From Octopus bimaculoides (lineage: Eukaryota): 64,000 nt of DNA. Every line of letters begins with the position of its first letter. The first letter of the stretch is position 1. Below the pieces are notes generated by a model that saw only the letters and a list, made by a program, of their open reading frames with translations, made no database searches and was not told the origin of the DNA. Below are positions 35,812-47,540 of the stretch, piece after piece. The translations under genes and the position numbers were made by a program. The stretch lies in contig NC_068983.1 of the NCBI RefSeq assembly GCF_001194135.2, positions 138,540,926 to 138,604,925 of the forward strand, written 5' to 3'.

Positions 35812-36027
35812 AGGCGGCGAACTGGCAGACACGTCAGCACGCCAGGCGAAATGCTTAACGGTATTTTGTCTGTCTTTACGTTCTGAGTTCAAATTCCGCC
35901 AATTTCGACTTTGCCTTTCATCCTTTCGGAATCGATGAATTAAGTACTAGGTGCGTACTGGGGTCGATCTAATCGACTAGTCCCCTTCCCCCAAATTTTG
36001 TGCCTTGTGCCTAGAGCAGAAAAGAAT
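35812..36027 (+). mobile_element. SINE family A, full length, best-preserved copy
   Basis: AGGCGGCGAACTGGCAGACACGTCAGCACGCCAGGCGAAATGCTTAACGGTATTTTGTCTGTCTTTACGTTCTGAGTTCAAATTCCGCC...GTGCCTAGAGCAGAAAAGAAT. Confidence 0.9.
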
Positions 36028-36034
36028 AATAAAG

Positions 36035-36291
36035 ACGCAGTAACTGAAGGGATATTAGGAGCAACTGAGTTCCAATACCGCGACTATAGCTAGAGAGACG
36101 GTCAGTGCTGGAATTGTAAGTCGGGGATGGAAGGTTTGGGGTGAGAGGATGTGGAATGAGAATCGATTCATGATTAGAAAACGGATGGTTTGGATAATGA
36201 GGAAAATTGAAGGACAAGGAAGCGCAGCAAAGTTGATGACGGCGGTGAGCTGAGTCAGAGTGAGGGAGGTAATTTCGAGGGAATTATTCAT
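36035..36291 (-). mobile_element. Possible LINE AP-endonuclease N-terminal remnant
   Basis: Translation NNSLEITSLTLTQLTAVINFAALPCPSIFLIIQT loosely resembles N..SL..KL.EL..F......PSII.IQET; weak evidence. Confidence 0.3.
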
Positions 36292-36649
36292 TAACCTACA
36301 ATTAATTTGAAAAACGAGTTCAGTAAAGAGCGCAAAGATTTAAACCTCGACGTAACCTTAAGAATGGTTGGCTTAGCTAAATCCCATGCACATCTACATC
36401 TTTTTCTCTCACTATACCTATCTGTTTGTATCTGTCTCTCAGTCTTCACCTTCTCTCTCTCTCTCTCTTTAGATAAGTCGAGCATATATACATACATACA
36501 TACATATATACGTATATGTATATATTTACATAAATACGTACATACACATATGCATACACTCACACAAACACACACGCACACACACTCACACACACACACA
36601 AACACACCTAGCTACGCTACTTATTTTGCCTACTTACCTACCTACCTAG

Positions 36650-36706
<57 letters not shown>

Positions 36707-37464
36707 AACACATGCAGAGAGTAAAACAGTTGTAGATTGATATATAGCTTTTAATTGGTTTAAACTATTTACACGCTAATTCACACCGACTTCGGCTAAT
36801 TCCAGTTTTAAGGGCAGTAGGTTATTCAACATTCTTGCTTTTGTAGTAGTACGCAGAAAGCAAAATCCCACGCTTCAATTACGTGATGATATCAGTTGTA
36901 AATATTAAATGTATAAACTTGAGATTATATAAAGATAAGAAACCTATAACAGATATAGAATAGGCATTTGCTTCACGTTTGTAGTCTTTATATGTGCGTG
37001 TGCGCACCATATTCTGTGTTTGTGACTTAAGTTATGTATACTTTTCGTCCGTCGAAGCTTTGTTTTCCTGAATGGATTATATTTTGAAATATATATATTC
37101 CATTAATCGTAGATTAAGATTAAAGATTTTCTCAGAGACCTTTTACCAGCGTATTGTCTTTTATCCAGGCCTTATTCTGTTCATTTGATTTCCCTCGTGA
37201 ATCGGTTGCAAACAGAATTTCATTTCGATCACTAGCTGTCTCATTATTATCGTGCTTTTCCAGTGACGTACACGAACTATTGTTTTAAAACTGATTCGCT
37301 CTACTTTCATCTTCCGACCATAAATTCCCTTTCAACTTGATGAAGTCTATAATGTAGTTTTCGGTAATATTTTCTATAATATCAAAAGTAGTCGAAACAA
37401 GATGCACGCCAAACCAGCTGGCAATTAGTATTTTGCTTTGCTCCTGTGATAGTGTATGTTGCAA

Positions 37465-37596
37465 TAATACTGAGGTCGACTTTATCATTCATTCTTCCCG
37501 GCGTCGATGTGATCAACATCAATACAGACTGGATCCATATAATCGATTGTGAACCACTTGTTCCTAAAGTACATCATGCCTCTGTGCTATTATTAA

Positions 37597-37600
<4 letters not shown>
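37465..37600 (+). mobile_element. SINE family A 3' fragment ending in (CTA)n tail
   Basis: CTGAGGTCGACTTTATCATTCATTCTTCCCGGCGTCGATG..., followed by (CTA)n(TAA)n at 37598-37700. Confidence 0.6.
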
Positions 37601-37675
<75 letters not shown>

Positions 37676-37701
37676 TTATAATAATAATAATTATTATTAT
37701 T

Positions 37702-37835
37702 AGGGCAACAAGCTGGCAGAACCGTTAACAATCCGGACAAAATGCTTGGTGTCATTTCGTCCGTCCTTACATTCTGAGTTCAAAATCCGCCAAGGTCGGC
37801 TTTGCCTTCCATCGTTTCGGGGATGATGAAGTAAC
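37702..37835 (+). mobile_element. SINE family A 5' portion
   Basis: AGGGCAACAAGCTGGCAGAACCGTTAAC...CATTCTGAGTTCAAAATCCGCCAAGGTCGGCTTTGCCTTCCATCGTTTCGGGG. Confidence 0.85.
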
Positions 37836-37879
37836 TAACAGTTACCCACTACAGTCAATGTTATCTAATTAAAGTTTTT

Positions 37880-38165
37880 ATTATGCCTAGGGTATCATAT
37901 ATTTGGTTTTGCACATAGTATTGTTCTAAAGAATGTTTAAGAAAACAAGAAAATTATAACTTTTGTTTCAAAATTTGAGATTACATAGACATTATATTAC
38001 GTAGGATATGGGCAGTTCCCATAATCACTATCTTTTGAATTTCTGCCATATTGGGGTTTTCTAGTATCTGAGCTAGGTAGGAATCAATCCCTTTTGCTAT
38101 CATTCCTTGGGCACCTATGACAACAGGTATTGTTTTAGTCTTGAGGTTCCACATTTTGCCAATTT
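37880..38165 (-). mobile_element. R4/Dong-clade LINE 3' end (RLE C-terminus plus 3' UTR)
   Basis: Translation IGKMWNLKTKTIPVVIGAQGMIAKGIDSYLAQI...EIQKIVIMGTAHILR..MSM* matches the restriction-like endonuclease tail (P.VIGALG...QK....GTA.ILR). The 5' junction abuts (AAT)n at 38169-38270. Confidence 0.8.
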
Positions 38166-38166
38166 A

Positions 38167-38236
<70 letters not shown>

Positions 38237-38507
38237 GTTATTATTATTATTATTATTATAATTATTATTATGATATTTGCTGCAGAGTACATCAGACGTG
38301 TTTGCAAACGCTCCAAGTCCTTTTGAAAACAATTATTTACATCCGTTTGGTGCCGTTTTTTTGTTTGGTTTACATTTTATTTCAAGTTTTTAATAGAATC
38401 ACCAGGAACCTGTCACTGGGCTACTGTGTTTGCTTGGCTCTTCCCGGGGCTATATTCGCCCCAGCGAATAAGTTCGGTGGGCGTTTAATCATATAGAATT
38501 CAAAAAG

Positions 38508-39182
38508 ATGGCGGAGCGCATCTTGAAAGAGTTCAGAAAAAAAGCTGCCCCACTTGCATGTCTAGTGACTGGTGATTCCCCTTACTTTTCCTCCGTTACT
38601 GGCAACAATACAAAAGAGAAGGAAGAGACAAGGAAAGGAGAAAAACTAGAAAGTCCACCTCGCAGTAACAACAGTGGCAACATCGACAACAACATTGGTA
38701 GCAGTCACAGCGACAGCGGTATCAGTGACAGCAGCAGCAGAAGCAGTGACAGCAGCAACAGTAGTAACAGTAAATGCGGTAGTAATGGTGTTGGCAACAA
38801 CCATGTGAGGAACAGTATCAGCAGCCACTGTGGCAGTGACAATAGTCGCAGAGACAGCAGTTATGTTAACAATGCTACGGATTTTAGCGGAAAAAATAAT
38901 CCGACCATTGAAGGCGGAGTGGAGGGAAATAGCGGTGACGATGGTGGTGAGAGTGACAAGGGAGGAAGGGGCCACAACATCACCACCACCATCATCATCA
39001 TCCTCATCAGCAGCAGTTGCAGCAGCAGTAATAACAGCAACAGCAACAACAACAACAAAAGCAACGATGACGACAACAAAAATGAACGGATTGCTAATGT
39101 AGCAAACACAAAGGGAGAAATGTTTGCCATCGCACTCGATGAAAAAGCAAGTGAACTCTCAAAAGCGAAAGATATCATTTAA
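38508..39182 (+). CDS. 224-aa ORF with Ser/Asn/Gly-rich triplet-repeat core; possibly a decayed retroelement ORF1
   Basis: Longest non-gap ORF in the window, with AAGATGGCG start context. It has non-repetitive N- and C-termini (MAERILKEFRKKAAPL..., KGEMFAIALDEKASELSKAKDII) and a low-complexity middle. No diagnostic domain recognised. Confidence 0.3.
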   Translation: MAERILKEFRKKAAPLACLVTGDSPYFSSVTGNNTKEKEETRKGEKLESPPRSNNSGNIDNNIGSSHSDSGISDSSSRSSDSSNSSNSKCGSNGVGNNHVRNSISSHCGSDNSRRDSSYVNNATDFSGKNNPTIEGGVEGNSGDDGGESDKGGRGHNITTTIIIILISSSCSSSNNSNSNNNNKSNDDDNKNERIANVANTKGEMFAIALDEKASELSKAKDII

Positions 39183-39709
39183 TTTGACGACGGGATAAGG
39201 CTGAAGTGCTCGTATCTCCCGAAATAATAGAGACAAACGAGAAGTAGAGAGTATATTTCAGATACGTATCACGCAAACGTACTGGGCATTAAGTGTATGG
39301 GTTTATTTCTGTATGTTTTTTGGAGAATTGTTGCATTATAGCGAGCAAAAGTCACTTCATTGTATTCATGGTTATCTGTTCATCGATGATGTTTGGTTTT
39401 GTTATTCGTTTGGGCAGTTATATTAAGAGATGCGTCCATCTTTAAAGCGTTTACTTTTTGACAAAACACCGTCCCTGTAGTTGGTTGAAGTTTCTTTCGT
39501 ATAGTGATTGCAAAAGGCTCACTGGATGAAATTCACTACAATTGCTTTCTTCTTTGTTCTTTGTTCTCCATTTATGGGTTTTTCACCTAATACTGATCAT
39601 AGATATTCAACGGAATGCGTCATGACGCCTTTTCGATTAAAGACATTTAAATACCGTGCGTTCGGTGTTTATTATGTTCACCTTCGTGTGTGGTTTGTAT
39701 AAACTGTAT

Positions 39710-40205
39710 TATTATTATCATTGCGTGAGAGAGCAGTGCATGCGATCAAATTGACACCGGAGTACAAATATACGAAGCCCTGTATGCCCCTCATGACTAC
39801 ACCTCTGATAAGAGCACACCAGGCTTATGAATCACAGCTATTTGCGCGCGATATGGTGATCTTATATCAATATAAAGAGCGCATGACCTTGCAAATGGGG
39901 CCTAGTTAGAATTTGCTTCAGGACAAGTAGCTAATCCCGCTCAAAAGGTATGTGAATAAGGATGTTGAACGAAACAACCATGTTTCCAGAGGTGAATTAT
40001 CCGAACCACAAAGAATTCCTCTCAACACATGGCTATGATGCTCCCTCATATCTTCTGCTCGTGATCAGAGACGTGCATATCGTCAGCCACCAAGAAGGGA
40101 AATGCTCAAATGGTTACGGTCAAACAACTGTGAAGCAAATCTACGGTAATGTGCAAATATTTGCCGTAGCCCATCCTTTATACCATGAAAAATCAATGTA
40201 CATGA
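39710..40205. mobile_element. Interspersed repeat segment between (ATT)n and (CAT)n, recalled as an abundant octopus repeat (possibly LINE 5' UTR-derived)
   Basis: The GC-richer block GAGAGAGCAGTGCATGC...GTTTCCAGAGGTGAATTATCC...CTTCTGCTCGTGATCAGAGA is recognised from memory only; there is no second copy in the window. Confidence 0.35.
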
Positions 40206-40253
40206 TATCATCATCATCATCATCATCATTATCATCATCATCATCATCATCAA

Positions 40254-40313
<60 letters not shown>

Positions 40314-40331
40314 TATTATTATTATTATTAT
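40206..40331. repeat. (CAT)n(TAT)n microsatellite; forms the tail of the adjacent minus-strand LINE
   Basis: Directly visible. Confidence 0.95.
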
Positions 40332-41264
40332 TATGTTGCTTATTTCTTCTTTCTTCAAATTTTCTTCCATTTCTAGTCGAGTATTTTTCGTACACCTAGG
40401 GCAGAGAAGCTCATTGTATGCATTCCCAGTTTACACACACAAATTCAAAGGTAAAATATGAATTTAAAAAATTAATAAGTAAATAAATTCATGAATGGAT
40501 GTTGTTTTCACAGCGATAATGCTCTTCTCAGTATATAAGTCGTTCCCGTTAACACGATTTTTTGCATCACCTGTAGGGATGGTAGGCTTGGTATCATTTT
40601 CAAATAGGTTTCAGTACCCTTTTTTCTCATTCCTAGAGATCCTACAATCACTGGTACGGTTGTCGCCTTGAGATGCCACATTTTTTCAATTTCTATTAGC
40701 ACGTCTTTATATTTGCTCATCTTGTCAAATTCTTTCGCCGCTATATATTGATCGCAAGGAATACTCATGTCAATTAATAAACACATCTATTCTGTCTGAT
40801 CTTTTATAATAATATCCGGTTTATTAGCTTTTATAGTTTTGTCGGTATGTACGGGGAAGTCCCAGAGAATTGACACAATTTCTCCCTCTGTCACAGCTCC
40901 AGGATGGTGTTTATACCATTTGGCAGCGGTTTTGATTTTATAGTGCCGACATATTCATGTTTTTCAACAAGTTTTAGCATCCAATCGTTGGTTGTTTCAA
41001 GGTATTTGGCCAGTTCGATTGTGGTGCTTTTGTACGTAAGTTCAAGCTGGATCAAGCCTCGACTTCCCTGAGCTCTGGGAACATTTTGTGTGCGGACAGA
41101 AGTGATGAGAGCCAGAAATTTGGTATTCTATCAATACCAGGAGATTTCCATTTATGAGCCTTCGTTAGTGCCCTGCTTAGGTCGGCGATTGAGATGTCTT
41201 CTCATACCTGTTCTTCTACATTTTTGTAGGCATCTTGGGTGCGTTTGATCCACTCTGCATTTTC
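40332..41264 (-). mobile_element. R4/Dong-clade LINE derivative with two internal deletions (RT core missing)
   Basis: Minus translation: ENAEWIK...RALTKAHKWKSPGIDRIPNFWL (pre-RT), then VPRAQGSRGLIQLE...KYLETTNDWMLKLVEKHE (post-RT), then ICRHYKI..KWYKHHP...ILWDFPVHTDKTIKANKPDII...LIDMSIP...KYKD...PVIVGSLG...ILRRALSL* (RLE). The 3' UTR ends in (TAA)n. Confidence 0.85.
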
Positions 41265-41750
41265 AGTTGACAGTTGTTTACTGGTCATGATTCAAGAACC
41301 TGGCGAAGAATTCTTGCAGTTCCAAGCAATGCTGATATTTATAGGTGTTCTGCCTTCACACTTGCACCGATCTTTTTCATCCATGCTGGTAGTTGAGTGC
41401 TGTTACTTCCAAGAGCACCAATTACTATTGGTATCACGTCTCCTCTTTTCAGTAATCGCATCCTTCGTATTTCCCACTTTAAATCGTCATTCTTTCACAT
41501 TCATCCTGTTGTTACCTGGGAGTGCTATGCCGATTATCATACATGTTCTTTCTTTTTCATTCACCACAACAATGTCCCATTTCCTATGTCTGGTCAGGGG
41601 ATTGCACTGGATCATTACATCCCACGGGATTTTGTAGTTCTCATTTTCGATGTCTTCTGCGGTTTTCTCATACCATGCCATTGCTCTTTGTAGGCCGTGA
41701 TTTCCACAGAGCTCCCAATGGACCAGTCTTGCCATATTGTCATTGTGGAC
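41265..41750 (-). mobile_element. Second R4/Dong-clade family, RLE domain fragment
   Basis: HNDNMARLVHWELC...WYEKT...ENENYKIPWDVMIQC...RHRKWDIVVVNEKERTCMIIGIALPG...VIPIVIGALG...LLGTARILRQVLES*. Confidence 0.88.
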
Positions 41751-43581
41751 TTATGCTGAAGTGGTAGTGTTGTGTGTAGGAGGAATCTAGTTATCGGCGA
41801 AGTCCAACGTGGAGATAACCCTACTCTCCATCTTTAAGAAGTCATTTGTCTATTGGCATTGTTAGAAGAGGCTGCGTGGTAAACGAGGCTGAGAGGATTG
41901 AGGAAAGGTACTTTTCCAGATACTATCAGTCACATTCCAAGCTTTCATCGACTTGGAATGTGACACTGAATGGTCTGCACGCAAAGACGAGTTTTATTTA
42001 AGCGGGGAAGCTCTTAGCAAATTATCGAGAGTGATTGTGTTCCTTTTTTTTTTGAGGATTTCTAGCATTCAGCCTCCAACCTGTCATCCACAAGAGTGCT
42101 CACTCTCCGTTTCACTCCTCTGTCTGTCTGCTTGTCTTTGTTTCTGTCCCTCTTCACCTTTTCTACTGCACAAAGATAGATAAGATGATGCCATCTGATT
42201 TCATTGATCGCAGACGTACGTTTCTTTCCTCCGCTCATCAAACTTATTGTATACAACTACTCCACATCGTCTATCAACCAATACGCCTAGGACATTCTTC
42301 CCAGCAAGTCTGACATCTCCAACTTCTTCCCTGCTCATATTTCTTCCACAGCTGTTGATTCACGATAATTCAAAACAAACAGGCTACTTTCTCCAGACGA
42401 AATAGACAAACAGTAATATTATATTTATAACGTCATCAGAAAATTATTAATGACTTTGCTTTATCATAAACCAAACTATTTTCTTGAAACGTATGGAGTT
42501 CAATTGCGTCTGGTATTGAGATACTAATTTATACAATATCCATTCAGAGGCGTCCTCAACGTGTGTTTAAAACCTAAAGTATATCTGGCCTGAATGTTTT
42601 AAGAGATGTTCTAGAGGATTAGCGTCAGCTGCAGATATGAAATCGAAGCAAGAGATGGCACTAGGATTTTTTTAAAGAGCATATCCATATAGTCGGACTC
42701 ATAATCACATATAAACGCTGATTAAGACTTATCTTTTGAAAATACGCAAAATTACACAATACATAGAGTTTGTGCATTTTATCAAAAGTTGAAGGCTCTT
42801 CTATAGCTATTTTGAGTTTCATATTTATCATTGAAGTATCATAAGAAAAGCAACTCGAAAATATACAATGAAACTATAAATTAACAACAAAATATAGAGA
42901 TTTGGGATGTGCATCACGCAGTTAATCATCTTTAGTTCAAAATTGTAAAATATAAGATGTTATACTTCTCCCAAAGCCAAAGAGCAGTTCTGGCCGACCT
43001 AACATCGTGGATTCATATGACCTCTAGATTTTCCAGTAACAAATGACATTTGAAAACCAGATGTATTTCAATAATGTGTTCAAATGTCATTCTGAGTGCT
43101 AGACTATTTTAAAATGAAACGCACACGCGCGCGCGTGCATACACATACACGCGCGTACATGCATGTGTGTATTTATATATCTATACACGCAAACAAACAG
43201 ACATACATATATAAAGAGAGAAAGAGAAAGAGAAAGTGAGAGTCTCCGAGAGAGTGAGTTAGAAATGTATTGAGTGAAGGAGAGATATACATTTATATAC
43301 CGATTTTATCATAAGAATCCTTTCATGTAAACATTTGTTTCCTTATTGGATATGTTTTGTTATCGGAATGCATTTGAAAGTTTTCTGTTTTCGAATTCCA
43401 TTTCGGTTTTTATCATATTTTATTTATTGTCATTGAAATTTTATCATTAATGTCTTTTATTTCTATTTTATTTGCAGCGTATATATATATTCTCTTTTCC
43501 TAAATTCTTGAATTATTACTCTCAGGTTTGTTCAAGTTTTTGTCTTGGTGTCACTGAAAACCCATATTCATCTTGCGTGTT

Positions 43582-43659
<78 letters not shown>

Positions 43660-44929
43660 CATAATGCATACATTCATACATACATATATATATATATGTA
43701 CACATATCAACAAAATGAATATGGGTTTCAATGACATACATATGTATACATTGATATATAGATTAATAGGCAGATAGTTATAGTTCTGCATGTTTGTGTG
43801 TTCGTGGGTATGCCTGTATAAGCAAAATTTTAAGTTTCATTTGGGTATCATGAACCCTATTGTACTTAAAATTCTCAGTTCTCGTGACAATTTGCAATTC
43901 CTATGCCAGATTTTTCAAAGTATATTCTAAAACTTATTTTTGCTACTGTTCTGTTATAATGCTTTTTCTTGTCAATATACCGTTTATTTACTTTGCTCAA
44001 TAGTACTATGAAAAGAAAATCAAAAGACAACCCTAAAAATGATCAGCAACAATAAGAATCTCACTAGAAAAAGCAATACATTTCTCAGTCTTTTTAGTGT
44101 AAATGTGTATGGCGTTTTCAATATATCAAATTTGCGGCGAGAACAATGTGAGGAACAATAATAAAATAAAGGCTACGATTTATCTTTTCTTAATTCAATT
44201 GCTCTCTAAAAGGCATACGAATGCTTAAAATAAAAATAAATATCTAAATATAAAAGGGAAAAAGACTTTCCCATTCTTAAAAATGGTCGCTCGTACATAA
44301 AGTATTGCTGCAATACATAAAAACAAATGAGGGGAAAAAGTGTTTATTTAATTAGACTCTATATAGGAATTATTTGCGGTTCATTCTATGAAGAATTATA
44401 GTCTATTTTCAGGAATGTGAAATCCTTTTTCTTTTGTTTCTATAGTGACTCAATAAGAAAACGTACAGCTGATTAAAAACTGGAATAGTCATCACACACA
44501 CACACACGAGCGCGCGCACACGTACACACAGTCACACACATACACACTCTCTTAAACTCAGAAGCATACATATTTCTGTGTGTGATATATATCAACCATC
44601 AAATAAATTAAAGTTTGTGTGAATATTTGCCACTTTATTATTTTAACAGAAATACAGGCCTATTGCAGAGCTTACCTGCTTCTGCAATCTACGAGAAAAA
44701 CAGCAAAATAGAATTTATTTCCTCCCTATCTGGTTGCAAAAAAGGAAATATTGAAATGAGCAATTAAGATTTCAAGCCTGGAAGACGTTAGGCCATAGGC
44801 CTCTTTCATCAGCCAAACAAAAGGAACACTAAATGTTATGTTTTGGACAAAAGGTAGAGAAATAGGAAGATGCATGCTACACCATAATTTTCTTTTTGGA
44901 TCTATAATTTTCTCATAAGATCCATTACA

Positions 44930-46345
44930 ACCGTTGGAAAATAACATCAACTAAATAACGAAATCAAAGACACGTCATTTTCATTACTTAGGAAAATAAC
45001 CAGAGATGGTGATAGAAAAGTCGTACATGAATAAGAAGTTTACGAAATTCAAAGGTCAGAGAATGAAGAGTGAAGTTCGTCACCCACCTGTGAAAGCAGT
45101 AATTAATGTAAGTAGTCAACATCTAGAAGGCTCTGAAGAAGCAGTACTAAACAAATGTCTCACCTTTGCGACAATCATCAAGGGCATTCCATACCTGGAT
45201 ATAATAGCCCCTGATGAAGCCATAAAGCTCAGGTAGATGACCTAAAGTAGAAAGTGAGACAGGTGCCAAAAAAAGCGAAACGTCCCAAACCAAACATAAC
45301 TAAGGAAGAAACGTTCTATATGTGATAAGTCTGTTCACCACAGTCAGTCCCGACTGGTGATGCACTATCGGTGATTCAAGACAAACTAGTGACAGACACT
45401 CATCTAAAAGAACACACTACTATACCAATAAGAAACTTGATGGAAATATTGACCTTCTTTGTAGAAACTACCTACTTAAGTAAGGACACTGATATATAGC
45501 GACAGTAGAGGGTTTGTCTATGGGTTCGCCATTATCACCAATAATAGCCAATATATTGAGAATTTGGCTTTAGGATCAAGACAACTAAAACCAACCCTAT
45601 GGCTGCGATATGTTGATGACACCTTCACACTCTGGCGCCACCAGGAAGATGTCCAAGTGCAGTTAGATCACGTGAACTCAATAAAGCTATCGATACAGTT
45701 CACAATGGAAAAGGAAAACACAATCAGCTAGCATTCCTGGACGTATCACTAACACGCACCAAGTATGGATCCAGGACATCCATATACTGCAAGCCGACCT
45801 TCATTGGATTATAACTCAACTTCAATTCCCACCACTCATACAAAGTAAAAAGAGGAATTGCTCAGTGCCTAAAACATCGAACAAAGAACATAAGTAGCGA
45901 TCGTGGTACACACCACGAAAAAAATGATCAAGCGCAATAACAATCTATTAAACAACAACTACCCCAAAAACATACTATTCACTCCATTATGAAGAAAAGA
46001 GAGGATAAAGCCAATAAACTGTCCACGGTCTGTCTACCCTATGTGAAAGGCCTCTCCGAAAAGATACAAAAGATATGCTGCCCATATGACATCAAAACAG
46101 TATTCAAGAGTAATACAACACTTCACAAATATCTCCATCGAGTAAAACCACCAATAGAAGAGAATATAACCAAAGACTGCGTGTGCACCATACCATGCAG
46201 CCTTCCCCTCAAAATAAGGGTAGAGGAACATCGCAAAGCTGTGACACTGAAAGATATTGATAAATCGGGTATAGCTGATCATGTATGTTAAAATGGAGAC
46301 CACCTCTCCCTGTGGGATGAAGTTCAATTAATAGACAGATAGAAT
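44930..46345 (+). mobile_element. Penelope-like element (RT plus GIY-YIG region), decayed and internally deleted
   Basis: AVINVSSQHL...VLNKCLTFA; GLSMGSPLSPIIAN; LWLRYVDDTFTLW; IQFTMEKE...LAFLDV; LPYVKGLSEKIQKIC...VFKSNTTL...IPCS...RVEEHRKAV...SGIADH. Confidence 0.92.
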
Positions 46346-46346
46346 A

Positions 46347-46426
46347 AGTACAAGACTTAGAAACAATAAGTCCTGGTGCTCCAGCATGGCTGCAGTCAAA
46401 TAACAAACAAATAAAAGAATAAAAGA

Positions 46427-46430
<4 letters not shown>
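46347..46430 (+). mobile_element. SINE family B 3' tail fragment
   Basis: AAGTACAAGACTTAGAAACAATAAGTCCTGGTGCTCCAGCATGGCTGCAGTCAAAT...AAATAAAAGAATAAAAGAAT. Confidence 0.75.
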
Positions 46431-46468
<38 letters not shown>

Positions 46469-47429
46469 TTGTTTGAGTGTGCGCGTGTATATATATATAA
46501 ATTATTTAAAATTATAATACAGGGTATCAAGAGATACCACCACGCTGAAAAAATAGCAGTCAAATCCTGACTCTAAAACCACAATAAATGTCCGCATGGC
46601 ACGATTAGCGAAGACGAAGACCAAATAAGCCAGTAAAAATAAAGATAATTCCAAATCCTGGATTTCTGGCTTTGCATAAATAATAATGCTCTGCCTTCAT
46701 CAGTGGAATATACTCAAGTACATAAATACAAATACATGTATATAAACAGTATACTTACATATACGGACGTATACATACATATATATGCACGTATGCACAC
46801 GACTAGCTTAAATAGCCCGCCTAAACAACCTTTCGTNNNNNNNNNNNNNNNNNNNNNNNNNNNNNNNNNNNNNNNNNNNNNNNNNNNNNNNNNNNNNNNN
46901 NNNNNNNNNNNNNNNNNNNNNNNNNNNNNNNNNNNNNNNNNNNNNNNNNNNNNNNNNNNNNNNNNNNNNNNNNNNNNNNNNNNNNNNNNNNNNNNNNNNN
47001 NNNNNNNNNNNNNNNNNNNNNNNNNNNNNNNNNNNNNNNNNNNNNNNNNNNNNNNNNNNNNNNNNNNNNNNNNNNNNNNNNNNNNNNNNNNNNNNNNNNN
47101 NNNNNNNNNNNNNNNNNNNNNNNNNNNNNNNNNNNNNNNNNNNNNNNNNNNNNNNNNNNNNNNNNNNNNNNNNNNNNNNNNNNNNNNNNNNNNNNNNNNN
47201 NNNNNNNNNNNNNNNNNNNNNNNNNNNNNNNNNNNNNNNNNNNNNNNNNNNNNNNNNNNNNNNNNNNNNNNNNNNNNNNNNNNNNNNNNNNNNNNNNNNN
47301 NNNNNNNNNNNNNNNNNNNNNNNNNNNNNNNNNNNNNNNNNNNNNNNNNNNNNNNNNNNNNNNNNNNNNNNNNNNNNNNNNNNNNNNNNNNNNNNNNNNN
47401 NNNNNNNNNNNNNNNNNNNNNNNNNNNNN

Positions 47430-47480
<51 letters not shown>

Positions 47481-47540
47481 CAAACATATACCTGTATGCA
47501 TTTGTTTTGCAAGATCCCAGATGTGAAATCGTGTTGAAAT

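Noticed and set aside
43042-43091. 13-bp inverted repeat with 26-nt spacer as pre-miRNA
   Set aside because: The stem is too short and AT-rich and does not extend to ~22 bp.
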